From positions 87,110,001 through 87,174,000 of the forward strand of contig OX638149.1 of the NCBI GenBank assembly GCA_951804945.1: a stretch of DNA of 64,000 nt. The letters run 5' to 3'. The notes beneath the pieces were generated by a model that did no database searches, had not been told where the DNA came from, and saw nothing but the letters and a program-made list of their open reading frames with translations. The number at the start of each line of letters is the position of its first letter. Within the stretch, counting starts at the first letter, position 1. The position numbers were made by a program, and so were the translations under genes. Origin of the DNA: Podarcis cretensis. Its lineage: Eukaryota. This document shows positions 13,501-24,085 of the stretch, in pieces.

Positions 13501-14094
13501 AGAGGAAGGTGGAGTGGTTGCTGTGCCACCCTGGCCGGGACCGTGACAGTGCCACCATGGGCACCAAGCTGGGGGCACAGTCTGCTTGGAAATGGGGAAA
13601 GAACGGCATCTCTGAGGATACAAAAGACAAAATCTTGGAACCACCAAGTGTAGCCAGCACTGCCCAGGGAGCTCCCATCTTCTCCAAGCACCTGGAGAGC
13701 TTGTGGCAAGCTTGCAGGAACCTGCAAACCCCCAGAGACTGTTGGGCTCCAGCTCCCCTCCACCCCAGAAAGCTGGGCCAATGGTCAGGGATGATGGGAG
13801 TCCAACAACAACCGGAGGGCCACAGGTTCCCCAGACCAGACTTACAGCTTTCCTCACGTAACTTACAGGGTTATCCCCTCTTCCTTGTCTCAAGCTACTC
13901 TAGCAAGAGAAAAAGAATTGCCCAGACCAGAAGTGGGCATTTCCTTCAGTGCCCGATCTGCTTATCTCCATGCCTCTCTTTTCCCTCATATATCTTGCAT
14001 ACAGCGGTATTCCCTGCCTGCATCTTACCCGACGCACTTGCTGTCCCATCACCCATGCTCTAGAGCTGTTCATGGGCCACAAAATCTGCTCTTT

Positions 14095-14290
14095 GGGGAA
14101 GGGCCACAGCTCACTGGCAGAGCATCTGCTTTGCACACAAAAGGTCCCACATCCAATCTCAGGCATCTCCAGGTAGGGCTGGGAAAGACTTCCTCTCTGA
14201 AACCCCAGAGAGCTGCTGCCAGTCAGTGTAGACAATACTAAGCTAGGCAGAACAAGTGTCTCAACTCGATATAAGGCAGTTTCCTATATT
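14095..14290 (+). mobile_element. tRNA-derived squamate SINE (Squam3-like)
   Basis: AGCTCACTGGCAGAGCATCTGCTTTGCA...GAGCTGCTGCCAGTCAGTGTAGACAATACT...AAGGCAGTTTCCTAT. Homologous to other copies in this window. Confidence 0.85.
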
Positions 14291-14428
14291 ACTGTACTTT
14301 CTCCCACAGTGAAACTTGAGGCGCAAACTCAACCTTAGCATAAACATGGGTACCAGCAATGCATTCATTCCAACCAGTGTTTGACGGAAGGGCCTAGAGA
14401 GCGCAGGAAAGGCACAATGAGTACTCAC

Positions 14429-15004
14429 CACCGTGAAGTTCCCTGCAGAGCAGTTCTCTCCGCTGAAGCTGCAGTTCTTGAGCATGTCCTCAAGCTGGTG
14501 CCCAGTGCGGTTGACAATATCGGCCATGTCAGGGTCGGGGTAGAGCAGGTCAGAGGCCTTGTGTCCATCACGGTCCTTGGGCGGCAGCCCAGTCATGTTG
14601 GCCAGGTGGAAGATGTCGGCGTCAGTAAGGGCCGAGTGGCGGAAGCGGTTGATGTTGCAGATGGTCACAGCCGGGAATATCATCTTCTGGGTCGCCTCCT
14701 CATCCAGGGTGGTGACGTGCGGGTGCTCCAGGTAGAAGAGCGCCGACCGGGCCGCCTGGTACAGGAAGAAGGCTAGAGAGGCCACAAATGCGAGCGCCCA
14801 GAGGGCCTGGCGGACCCCCAGCTGCCCTGGGCGGCAAATGTGGCCCAGGCCGTGCAGGGTGCTGGCCCCGGCAAAGGCGGCCAAGTCACGGTGGTGTGGC
14901 TGGCTGGGCTCCTCTAGCAAGCTCTCCTTGTCCCCTTCCTCTTTCGCCGCCTGCTTCTCATCCTCCTCTGCAAATTTGATTTTGCAGACAATCTCAATCG
15001 GCAT
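14429..15004 (-). CDS. ASIC4: ASIC4 (acid-sensing ion channel subunit 4, DEG/ENaC family), first coding exon, 192 codons
   Basis: The translation starts MPIEIVCKIKFAEED, the ASIC4-specific N-terminus. It contains the pre-TM1 STLHG motif, TM1 (ALWALAFVASLAFFLYQAA), the FPAVTICNINRFRHSAL signature and DADIFHLAN.TGLPPKDRDGH...NRTGHQL.DMLK. It ends NFTV|GTGAGT, a canonical phase-0 donor (intron begins at 14428). The ORF-track tail from 14428 to 14261 is intronic read-through. Confidence 0.97.
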
Positions 15005-15241
15005 CTGTGCTGAGGCACCAGGCAGCACACTACCCCCCCAGCGAGGGGAGGCAGCGGGAGCCTGGGGTGCCCGGCACCGGCCGCTCTCCCCTGGCTGCTG
15101 CAGGACGCCCCTAAATTAGTAAGCCCAGCTGAGGAGGTGAAGCAGGACCGGGGAGCCTGGCCCAGCCTCTTGGGAGCTCCCAGACTGAGGGCTCTGCCTC
15201 GGTGCCTTGTCTCACTAGTGATCTCCTGGTGCTTCCGTCCG

Positions 15242-15266
15242 CTTATCTGCACAAGCCCAGCTGTCA
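15242..15266 (-). promoter_or_regulatory. Composite TGACAG (Meis/TGIF) / E-box CAGCTG-N9-AGATAAG (GATA) element
   Basis: The minus strand reads TGACAGCTG ggcttgtgc AGATAAG. The 9-nt spacing matches the known TAL1/E2A-LMO-LDB1-GATA composite site. Confidence 0.5.
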
Positions 15267-15708
15267 GAGCTGCCCGCCGCTGCCGCCGCTCCCTGTGCCG
15301 CTGTGTGTGCCGCTGCCGCTCCTCTGCACACCCGGTTAAGACCCCACCAGATACAGGCAGCATTTAGGCATCGTGTGCTAATAAAATCCAGGGGATACTT
15401 AATAATTCAAGGCATGTCAACATTATTTCATCCTCAAATAAAAAAAAAAAAAAGCGGGAGAAGGAGGGAGGAAGAAGCGGGGGAAGCTCGCGAAAGACAG
15501 GCAAGCGGCAAGGAGGAAGGAAGGAAGGAAAGAAGGAAGAGCCGGGCAGCGGGAGCCTCTTCGCTCTCTGGAGCCACCACTCCAAAGTGATGCTGGAGCC
15601 ACTTGTTTGAATCGCTCGCAAGCTGGCAAAGTCTGTGCCAAGGAAAGGAGGCAGCACAAGGCAGCCTCTGCTGCTGCTCAGGGCTGCTCAAGCTCTTCAG
15701 GCAGGGCA

Positions 15709-15710
<2 letters not shown>

Positions 15711-15762
<52 letters not shown>
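15711..15762. repeat. Perfect (CT)26 microsatellite in the ASIC4 promoter/leader
   Basis: Directly visible. Confidence 0.95.
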
Positions 15763-15764
<2 letters not shown>

Positions 15765-18700
15765 GCCTCCCTGCCTGCCACCCACTTCCTCCAAGTGAGT
15801 ACCCCTTGCTAGTGCCCAAGGCAGCTGCCCATGGACAGCTCCCCGCCTAATTCCTACCTTCCTCCATCTCCGCTGATCTGAAAAACTGCTCGCTAAAGAT
15901 GCAAAAGGAAAGCAAAGGAAAACGAGAGAGGGAAGGAAAAAGTTGAGAGAGGGAAGAAGACGACAAGAGGACTGCGTTCCTCCCGCGTCGTCGGCTGGTG
16001 CTCGGGTCCAACGGGCAGCGACGGCACAACAACCCCCTACACGCACACGCTCTCACACGCAATACACCCCCCCGCCCGCAGGCTCCAGGGCTGACTAATT
16101 GGAGAAGGAGCGGCCAACGAGGGGGAGCGGAAACGAGGAGACGCCCCCTCCTCCCATCGATCCCGCTCCCCACGGAACAAACAAGAGGCAAAAAGTGAAA
16201 GGCTTATTGATCGGAGGGAGGGAGGGAGCGCAGCTGCTGGGGATTAGGGCAGGAGCAGGCGTGCGGGGCGCGGGGGTCCGGGGTGGGGAGGAGCGGGTCC
16301 GGGTGTGTGTGTGGTGTGTGCTTTCTGGAGGAAAATGAAGGCTGCGCAGCCGGGACCGCGGCACTGCCCAGACCCAGCCTGCAGCGCAGCCGCTTTCCCT
16401 GCACCATTGATTCCCTTCAGTCCCGTTTGCTTGGGAGGCAGTTCTAATTGCTTTTGCAAAAGGGTCTGTTTGCCGCCGCCGCCTCCTTCCCGCCCCGCCT
16501 GGCAAAGTGGAATCAGGGCCAGGGAAAACCCCCACCGGCAACTGCAGCTGGCGCGGGACCAGGGAGGCCGGGCAGAGGAGGAAGAGGAGGCGGCGGCGGC
16601 GGCGGCCTGGGGGTGCCCAGTAGGGAGAGGGGGCCGAGACTGCGAGGGGAGGGCGGGGAGCAGCGCGGCCCAGTTGAGGAAGCGCCGGCAGCCCAGGACT
16701 CCGGAGAGCCTCAAGCCAGCAAAGTTCTCGCCGGCAAGCCGAAGCCCACGCGCTGCGCTCGCTGCTGCGAAGCCGCCCTCTTGCGGAGCCAGGCCAGCGG
16801 CCCACGTCGCTCTCGGCGGCTTCTGGCAGCTGCTCAGCTAGGGAGATCCGGGGGTTGCGCCCGGAGACCCTTCTGCAGGCCAAGCGCGTGTTCTCTCAGC
16901 TGTGGGGAGGGTGATCCCCAACCCCCCACCCCCACCCCCTCCCAGCTTGGCTGGGGCAAGACCCGGGTCCGACTTCCCTGAGAAGGGGATGTTGTTGTTG
17001 GGGGCGCGCCTTGCGAGGAGACAGGAACCGCGCGGACTCTGGCCGTGGGAAGCCCCGCGGCCCTGCCACCCCCGCCCCGAGGCTCAGCCGGTCACAGCGA
17101 CCTCCACTCCGCCCGGCCGATGCCAGCGGGCTAATCCGGACCGAGGAGCGCCGCGCTCACACGTCTTCGATCCCTGCAATCGACTGGCACGGAATACACA
17201 CGTCCCTCCCGCGGGTCAATACGGAAGGACAGGTCTCTCCTGGCTGAGCAGCGGGCGCTGATCGATGCCCAGGGCGGAAGGCCAAGGTGGCTCCAGGCCA
17301 GCGGGACGAGGAGGAGGAGGAGGAGGAGAGGGCGACGGGGGACGGGGAGGGAAACCACCGAGGCAGGGGAAAGGGGGCATAAATGGGGGGGGGAGGGAGG
17401 GAGGGAGGGAGGGAACCACCATATTAATAACGGGAGAGGGCGGGGGTCCTAAATCAATGGGGTGGGGCGGAGGGACGACCCCGTCTACCTTCTTCAGGAA
17501 GCACCGTCCCCTCTTCCCGGACTGCTCAAGTTTATTTCTTGGAGGCCACGTTCAGACATGCAGAAAGAGTCTGGTTCAGAGGCGGGGAGCGGGCTGAGGG
17601 CCCCTTCTCTGGCCTCCCCGGCTCCGAATCCCTTAATGCCGATGAGTTAACCCTTACCAGTCTTTAATCCCTCTGCCTTATCACAACCGTGTTAAACAAT
17701 GCATTTTTTTCCATCCGTTCAACGTTTGCGAAAATTCTAGTCAGTGAGTGCCAAGTACGGTGTCAGGAGGTGATAGAGGCGATTAATCAATGCAGAGACG
17801 GAAGAAAGACGGAAAGATTCGGGTAAGGGTTACATCCACTGCTAGGATTCTGCCTGGAAGTCAGTGGAGGGGTAGACGGGAGGAACGGGTGATGCCGACT
17901 CCTTTACATGCTGCTCTCTCCCCACCCCCGCCCCAAATTCTTCCTTCCTTTTTTGGAGCCCACATTCGTCTATTCATTATATTTCTATGCTGCTTTTCAC
18001 TCAGATGGGTCACAAAGCAGCTAACAAACAATAAATAATAACATAATAAACATCACAATTATAACGTAAGTCATATAAAACAATTAACAAATCATCAGTA
18101 AAACAATTACAAATCAGTAGAACAATCACCTTCTATTTACCAAACAACTAAAAAAATAGGGTAAGCAGCACAACCACAAGAAAAGTCATATTATAAAATT
18201 CACAAAGCATTATAGCACTCATAATCCACAAAACAATAACAACATAAACTAACAACAACAACAAAACTAAATACAGTTTGTGTCTCTTTAAGACTGCTGG
18301 TCTAGACTGAGAGTCCAGACTCTTCTGTACTCACAAGCGCAAATTTTAATTTTGCTGTTAATACACTTATTTTGTTCAAACACAGTTCTGTACAAAAAAA
18401 GCTATCTAAAAAATACAGGGAATGTGCTTTCAGCAACAACTGGTGGGAAAAGGCAGGCTACATCTTTTCCTTTGGGCTGATGGAAGCAAAATGGAAGTAG
18501 GGGGTGAGACAATAGATGGCAAAATGTCACCACACATGTAAAAAAACCCAAAAAATGTCCACCCACACTATGTGCTTCAGTGGCTCCTCCTCCCTTCAGA
18601 TTATTCAGGGACTGGGAAAATCCAAATTTAGCAGGGAGAAGTGCAGGCTGCCACTTAGGGTTCATCCGCACATCCATTTGTCCAACTTTGCCCCACCACT

Positions 18701-20665
18701 TTCCCCTAGAAAGCCTGCTCTTTAGTGCTGAATTATTATTATTATTATTTTATTATTTTTTGAATTTATATACCACCCTATACCTGAAGGTCTCAGGGCC
18801 GTTCATAGAAAAGATCACAATATATAAAGTCAAAATAAAAACAAATAAAATAAAAACAATAACCTGATAACACTCCCTGGATCTTGCCAGCAAAAGGGCT
18901 TATTGTTCCCTGCTGACCGAGCATCCCATAGCAAGAGGAGGCAGTATCCTCAAAGAGGCATTGTGAAGCATAAACATGCCCCACTTTAATAACAGCCGTG
19001 CCTTACCATTTCCCAGAGTTTGAGAGTGATGAAGTAGGCAAGCCAGTAGCAGGTGAAAAGGCAGGCAGGTGGCAGATAAAGATTTTTATTTTATTTTAAT
19101 CTTAAGGAAATATTACCGTAAGTAACCCAGCTTTAAGCCTGACAAGGTAGTAACTTTGCTCCCCTTGTGCTGACTCAGGCAGAGCCGCTCCCCTGGGTGA
19201 CATCCTTGCCCCATCATGACTGTGGGCAGGTGGCAGCAGCAATGAATTAGAAGCCACCCTGGGAGCTTGCTGGTCCCTGGATCCTGGCCCCATCCTGGCT
19301 GAAGCTGGCACAACGTCCCTTTCCCAGGTCCCTCTTCTGCCCTGGTTCAGACCATGCCAGCTGCATGCTCAGCCCCATGCCTAAAGGGGCTCAAATCTGG
19401 GAGTTATCATTAATTTTGATCTAATTGAAGGCAATGTGGCTGCAGAGCCCAGCTGGTCGAAGCATGAGTCTCTCTGCTTCATGCCAAGCAGAGCCTCCTG
19501 AACCTGCGGCAGAGAGAGAGAGACAGAGAGAGAGAGAAGGGTTGGTTGGTTGGTGCCCCTCCTGCAGTGCTTGTTATCACAGGCAGGTTAGGCTCTCAAT
19601 GAGGGCAGCAGGCAGCACTGCTTTGGGGAGATCCGGGATGACAAGATGTCCAGTCTAATTATACATGTGCCGCCAGAGGGGCTGGTGCAGCCATCATGGC
19701 TGGTTCCTCTGCAGGCTGTTCAACTCTTTACACAGAGAAGCCTAAGAGGAAGGAGCATGGGATGGCAGGCAGACGGGTGCATAGCCGGGTGGGCAGCAGA
19801 GAGGGCAAATGGGGGGAGCACCCAATACATCCAGGCCCCATGCAACGTTAGTCAGGCAATGGGGTTTCTCTTTTTTAAAAACATCAAAAACTCACATACA
19901 CCACGCAAACATTACTAGACAAACAGCACAGCTACTCTTCCAAAGAATGTGGATACAATCAAAGTGTCATGCCCTGCATGATTCAGTGCAAAATAAAAAT
20001 GGGGAGGGAATATGCATTGGTTAAGCTGCCTGGGAAGTTGTGGATTTGGTTTCACAATTTGCAAAATCCAATTCAGGATGATGGATGCTTCACAAATAAT
20101 GATCAGAGCACTTAGCATGTATATAATAATTTTTAAATCTTCAAAACTGCTCACATATATGAATTTCAGTAATTCTTACAAGAATCCTGGTAAAGAAGTC
20201 TTGGCCAAACATATTTAATGGAGTGGGGGAACTAGGGTCAATACCAGCCTGGACATATCCATCTAACATACATATCTATAGGGCACGAAGGACTTAAAAC
20301 AGTGGAGTGTGAGTGTGTAGATAGGTAAGTAGGTAGGTAGGTAAGTAAGTAGGTAGATGGATAGATATCTCACATACTGTGGGTGTCCTCTTGTACTCCA
20401 TCCTTTCTTCAGCCTTGCCTATTTACCTCCATCCAAGTTAACCCACCAACAAAAATCCAGTCCGTACAGAGGAAAACAGAACTGGCCCAGGGCTTCACCT
20501 ATGCCAGAATGCAACCCAAGAATCTGCTTCCAATACTAGAGCTGAGTCTACAATAAAATTGCTTCTGGGCATACACAGGCTGCATTTCTGTCATCACTGA
20601 GCAACAACAGCTTACTTACTCCGTACACCCTTAAAGAAAAATAGTGGCTGCTTACTAAGGAACTA

Positions 20666-21020
20666 GGGATGCGGGTGGTGCTGTGGGTTAAACCACAGAG
20701 CCTAGGACTTGCCGATCAGAAGGTCGCCAGTTCGAATCCCCGCGATGGGGTGAGCTCCCGTTACTCAGTCCCTGCTCCTGCCAACCTAGCAGTTTGAAAG
20801 CACTTCAAAGTGCAAGTAGATAAATAGGTACCGCTCCGGCAGGAAGCTAAACAGCATTTCCGTGCGCTGCTCTGGTTCACCAGAAGTGGCTTAGTCATGC
20901 TGGCCACATGACCCGGAAGCTGTACACTGGCTCCCTCAGCCAATAAAGCGAGATGAGTGCCGCAACCCCAGAGTCAGCCACGACTGGACCTAATGGTCGG
21001 GGGTCCCTTTACCTTTACCT
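20666..21020 (+). mobile_element. Full-length Sauria SINE (Squam1-type) with target-site duplication
   Basis: tRNA-like head (GGGATGCGGGTGGTGCTGTGGG...B-box GTTCGAATCCC), the typical body and an (ACCTTT)n tail. TSD TTACTAAGGAACTA at 20652-20665 and 21021-21034. Confidence 0.93.
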
Positions 21021-22647
21021 TTACTAAGGAACTACCATACCACAGCTTAGGTTTTATAGGATCATTACCAGAGAGTAGTCCTTGACACCTGTTTGAAACT
21101 AAGATATTTGAAGGACTTCACAATCCCACATGTGTCTCTTTGTGCCTTCAGTGTCAGAGGATCTTCTCTGTGTGGCATGAGACAGGGCCTCTTCAGTTAT
21201 TGTGCTATGGCTCTTCTAATTTTGTTCTGCGGTGGGCCCACCTGGCCCAGTCATCACTAACTTGGCTCATTAAGGATGCTTTTGGATGCTGACACTATGT
21301 TTTTTAAGTTATGTGGTGGTGGTGATGTTGTTCGGAACTGTTTTACTAGATACTGTTGTATTGCTCTATTATTTCTTGCTTGCATCTACAAGCTGCATGG
21401 GGAGGAGGTCATTTGGGATCAAAAGTGCATGGCATGAAATAAGTCCATAATAAGTACATAAATAAGTCCACCAATTCTTTAAAGATAATTACATCTCCTG
21501 CATGGACCCAGAACTCAGCAAAACTCTAAAACAACACTGGCTAGATATTCATTTGAATTTTATCATCCACACATCCTGAGGATGTGTCTCCAGATCTTCC
21601 CTGGAAAACTTGTTCCCAGGTCTTTCAACAGGTACAAAGTTTATTCTAGTGTGTGCTAAATGTAAGAGCTTATCCACACCTTTCCTTCACTCTTTCAAGG
21701 AAAGGTCTGCACTGAAAAGCTCAGTGTCCAAATGTGACATCTTTTGTCCCAGAGTTTTCCCCGTGGAAACCCGCTCTTTAAAGCTCAGTCAGAGCAAACA
21801 AAAATCTGTGGAAAACCCGAATTGACATTTATTTACTCTGAGTGCTAAAGAGCAGGTTTTTGTGGGGAATGCTCTGGGGCAAAAAGAACAACAACAAAAA
21901 CATTCCGAAAAGGAGCTTTTAAGCATGGATTTGTGTTTGGAAAGAACGGGGCAAAAGTAAGTTTGGATAAGCCCTAAGTCTCCCTGCAGTTTCCAATCAA
22001 TAGGCTTTATGGGTAGACTCGAACATTTGCAAACCTTTTATTAGCTGAAGACATATTGCTCAGTGTTTTTATATTTAAAATTGCTAAACTGCACCTTCAT
22101 CCACACACATGAATTACAGGGCAACATACATACAAAGACAAATAACCGTACAATATTGAAACAAGCAATAAATATCATAACCATATAATTAACTGTTTAA
22201 AAGTAAAAAGCCTGAAACTATTTAACCAACTAACATGATGCAGTAGATTGGGGTAGCTGAAGGTGTTTGGGAAGGTGAGTCCAAAAACTTCTGGAGGATA
22301 CTGTGTCGGACTACCTCTGCATAAAAGCCGGGGCAGATAAAAACATATTAGCCAAAAGGAGTACACAGTTCGTGCCTGCCATATTCTCTCCAGGAAGGTA
22401 TTTCAAAGCACAGTCTTCTTCAAATATTTCTATTTCCTTCTCTGAAAACATCCAGTTACTTCAATGTTTCCTCCACTTTCCTTCCATCTTTCAAAGTCCA
22501 GCCAAGGGCAAACTAGAGTCAGGTATTGTGTGAAAGCACACAACAAAGTGTATTGATGTACAGAATATAGATGTACAGAAACACCCTGAATTCTGGTGTC
22601 AGAATTATGTAGGGAAATTCAGCACCTTTGCTCTTTCATTCCAGGGG

Positions 22648-22830
22648 CAGGGGAGATACAGCTGCATGGCAGAGAATATGTTTTGCAAGCAGAAGGCCCC
22701 AATTTAAATCCCTGGCATTTTCCTTTATGCATCTTGGGTAACAGGAATGGGAAATTCTTAATTTGAGGCTTTAGAGAACTGCTACCAATCAGAAGGGACA
22801 ATATTGGTCCAGATGATCTGAGTCAGATCA
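22648..22830 (+). mobile_element. Degenerate Squam3-like SINE
   Basis: A diverged match to the same consensus (CAGAAGGCCCC...AATCCCTGGCAT...GAACTGCTACCAATCAG...GACAATATTG). Confidence 0.6.
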
Positions 22831-23878
22831 CTGGTCGGCTTCACACATGTAGGTAGCAGGGAACAATGAGCAACTCCAGCAGCCTGGTGTTACGTCTGTC
22901 TTTTGAGAAGACAGTGCAGTTTTTCTGACCCCAGTGCAAACCCAGCCTCATAGCCTGAGAAGTAGGACAGCCAGCACCCTACTGCAAAATTGCAATCCAT
23001 GCACTTCATCTGCTCACATCAGTGAGCTGAACACAGGGACAACATGCTTGTCCAGTTCCAAAGAGGCATGTTTTGCATCTACAGAGATTATCAATGGAAT
23101 GTTGGTTCTATACTTGCTCTACTGTTCAGTTGAACAGCTTGGGACCCAGATCTTCCAGAAAGACCCTTCCCCCTTTAGCAGCGGTATACTATGCTTCTAC
23201 TAAGGAGGGGGCTTTTTCTGTGGTAGCACCTTGTCTTTAGAATAACCTCCCCAAGGGGGGGGGGTTGGCACCAGGTGAAAACCTTTCTTTTTGTCCAGGT
23301 ATTTTAATCATATACAATTTTTGGAATTGTGATTCATTTGTTTGTTAGCTTTTGGTGTTTTGTGTTCTATTTTGTTATACTTATTTGTTGGTTTAAATTG
23401 TACTCTTGCTGTGTGGTTTTGTTTTATTTACGCTTTTTGTACACTGTTCTTAGAATCTTTTGATGAAGGATGTTTAAGAAATATTTTAATTAATAATAAG
23501 CCAGTGAGATTTCATTTGAATTCTCATGGAATGTAAATGTATCCACATATTCATCCATCATTTGTATGTTTACCCATCCTTCCCTCCATTGTTCATTATG
23601 GTTAGCAACTGTGCTACACTTCTGGATTGTAACAATGGATCTTATTCTACTCTTGCTATGGCTCACGTGCTCATCCCACAATATGGTGTTCTTCCATTTA
23701 TGAACATTCATGGCTATATCCTTTGTACCTGCTGCTGCACCATTTCCTTCAGCACTACAGACAGCAAATGCTAATATTTCTCCTCCGAGACCAAAGATGT
23801 TTCCGTGCAGAGCTGTGACTTTAAGCAGAGACTGTTGACTCTGCTACATCAGTTTCCACTGGATCACAGATTCTAAAC

Positions 23879-24085
23879 AAGAACTTTCCAAACTGTGTGT
23901 CGCGAAACATTAGTGTGACGGCTGCATTGTGTAGGTGTGTTGCGTGAATGCTTCCTGCACTCCTCCCAGGGCTGGAATGGGGTTAGTTTAACCTCCGGTT
24001 TGCTAGTAAAACTGAATTACTGTGTTGTGAAAATGATGTATGTCTAAAAAGTGTGTCTTCAACATGAAAATTTTTGAAAACTGTG
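23879..24085. mobile_element. hAT/Charlie-type non-autonomous element with 8-bp TSD
   Basis: Direct repeat TTCTAAAC at 23871-23878 and 24086-24093 (NTCTARAN-type target). Degenerate TIRs (..CTTTCCAAACT / ..TTTGAAAACTGTG). Confidence 0.75.

Larger units (their letters stand above)
1..14428 (-). other. ASIC4: ASIC4 intron 1 (partial; continues beyond the window start)
   Basis: Follows the GTGAGT donor at 14428. The expected exon 2 peptide (VYTRYGKCYTFN-like) was not found in the ORF track or by eye in 1-14428. Confidence 0.8.
14500..17650. promoter_or_regulatory. CpG island covering ASIC4 exon 1, 5' leader and promoter
   Basis: GC and CpG density rise sharply (GCCGCCGCC and GCGGCGGCG runs, many GGGCGG/GGGGCG boxes) against CpG-depleted flanks. 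The TSS cannot be placed from sequence alone. Confidence 0.85.

Noticed and set aside
13497-14063. 188-aa plus-strand ORF
   Set aside because: It runs through a MITE remnant and has no protein signature.
14261-14428. C-terminal part of the 255-aa ORF (VSTHCAFPALSR...)
   Set aside because: It lies past the GTGAGT donor, has no ASIC similarity and ends inside a SINE. It is intron read-through.
15005-15028. ORF-track start MLPGASAQ
   Set aside because: It begins at a GTG. The conserved ASIC4 start is the ATG at 15004.
16095-16981. Several 150-260 aa ORFs in the CpG island
   Set aside because: Low-complexity Ala/Pro/Arg/Gly ORFs in multiple frames are expected from stop-codon depletion in GC-rich DNA. 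They have no recognisable domain.
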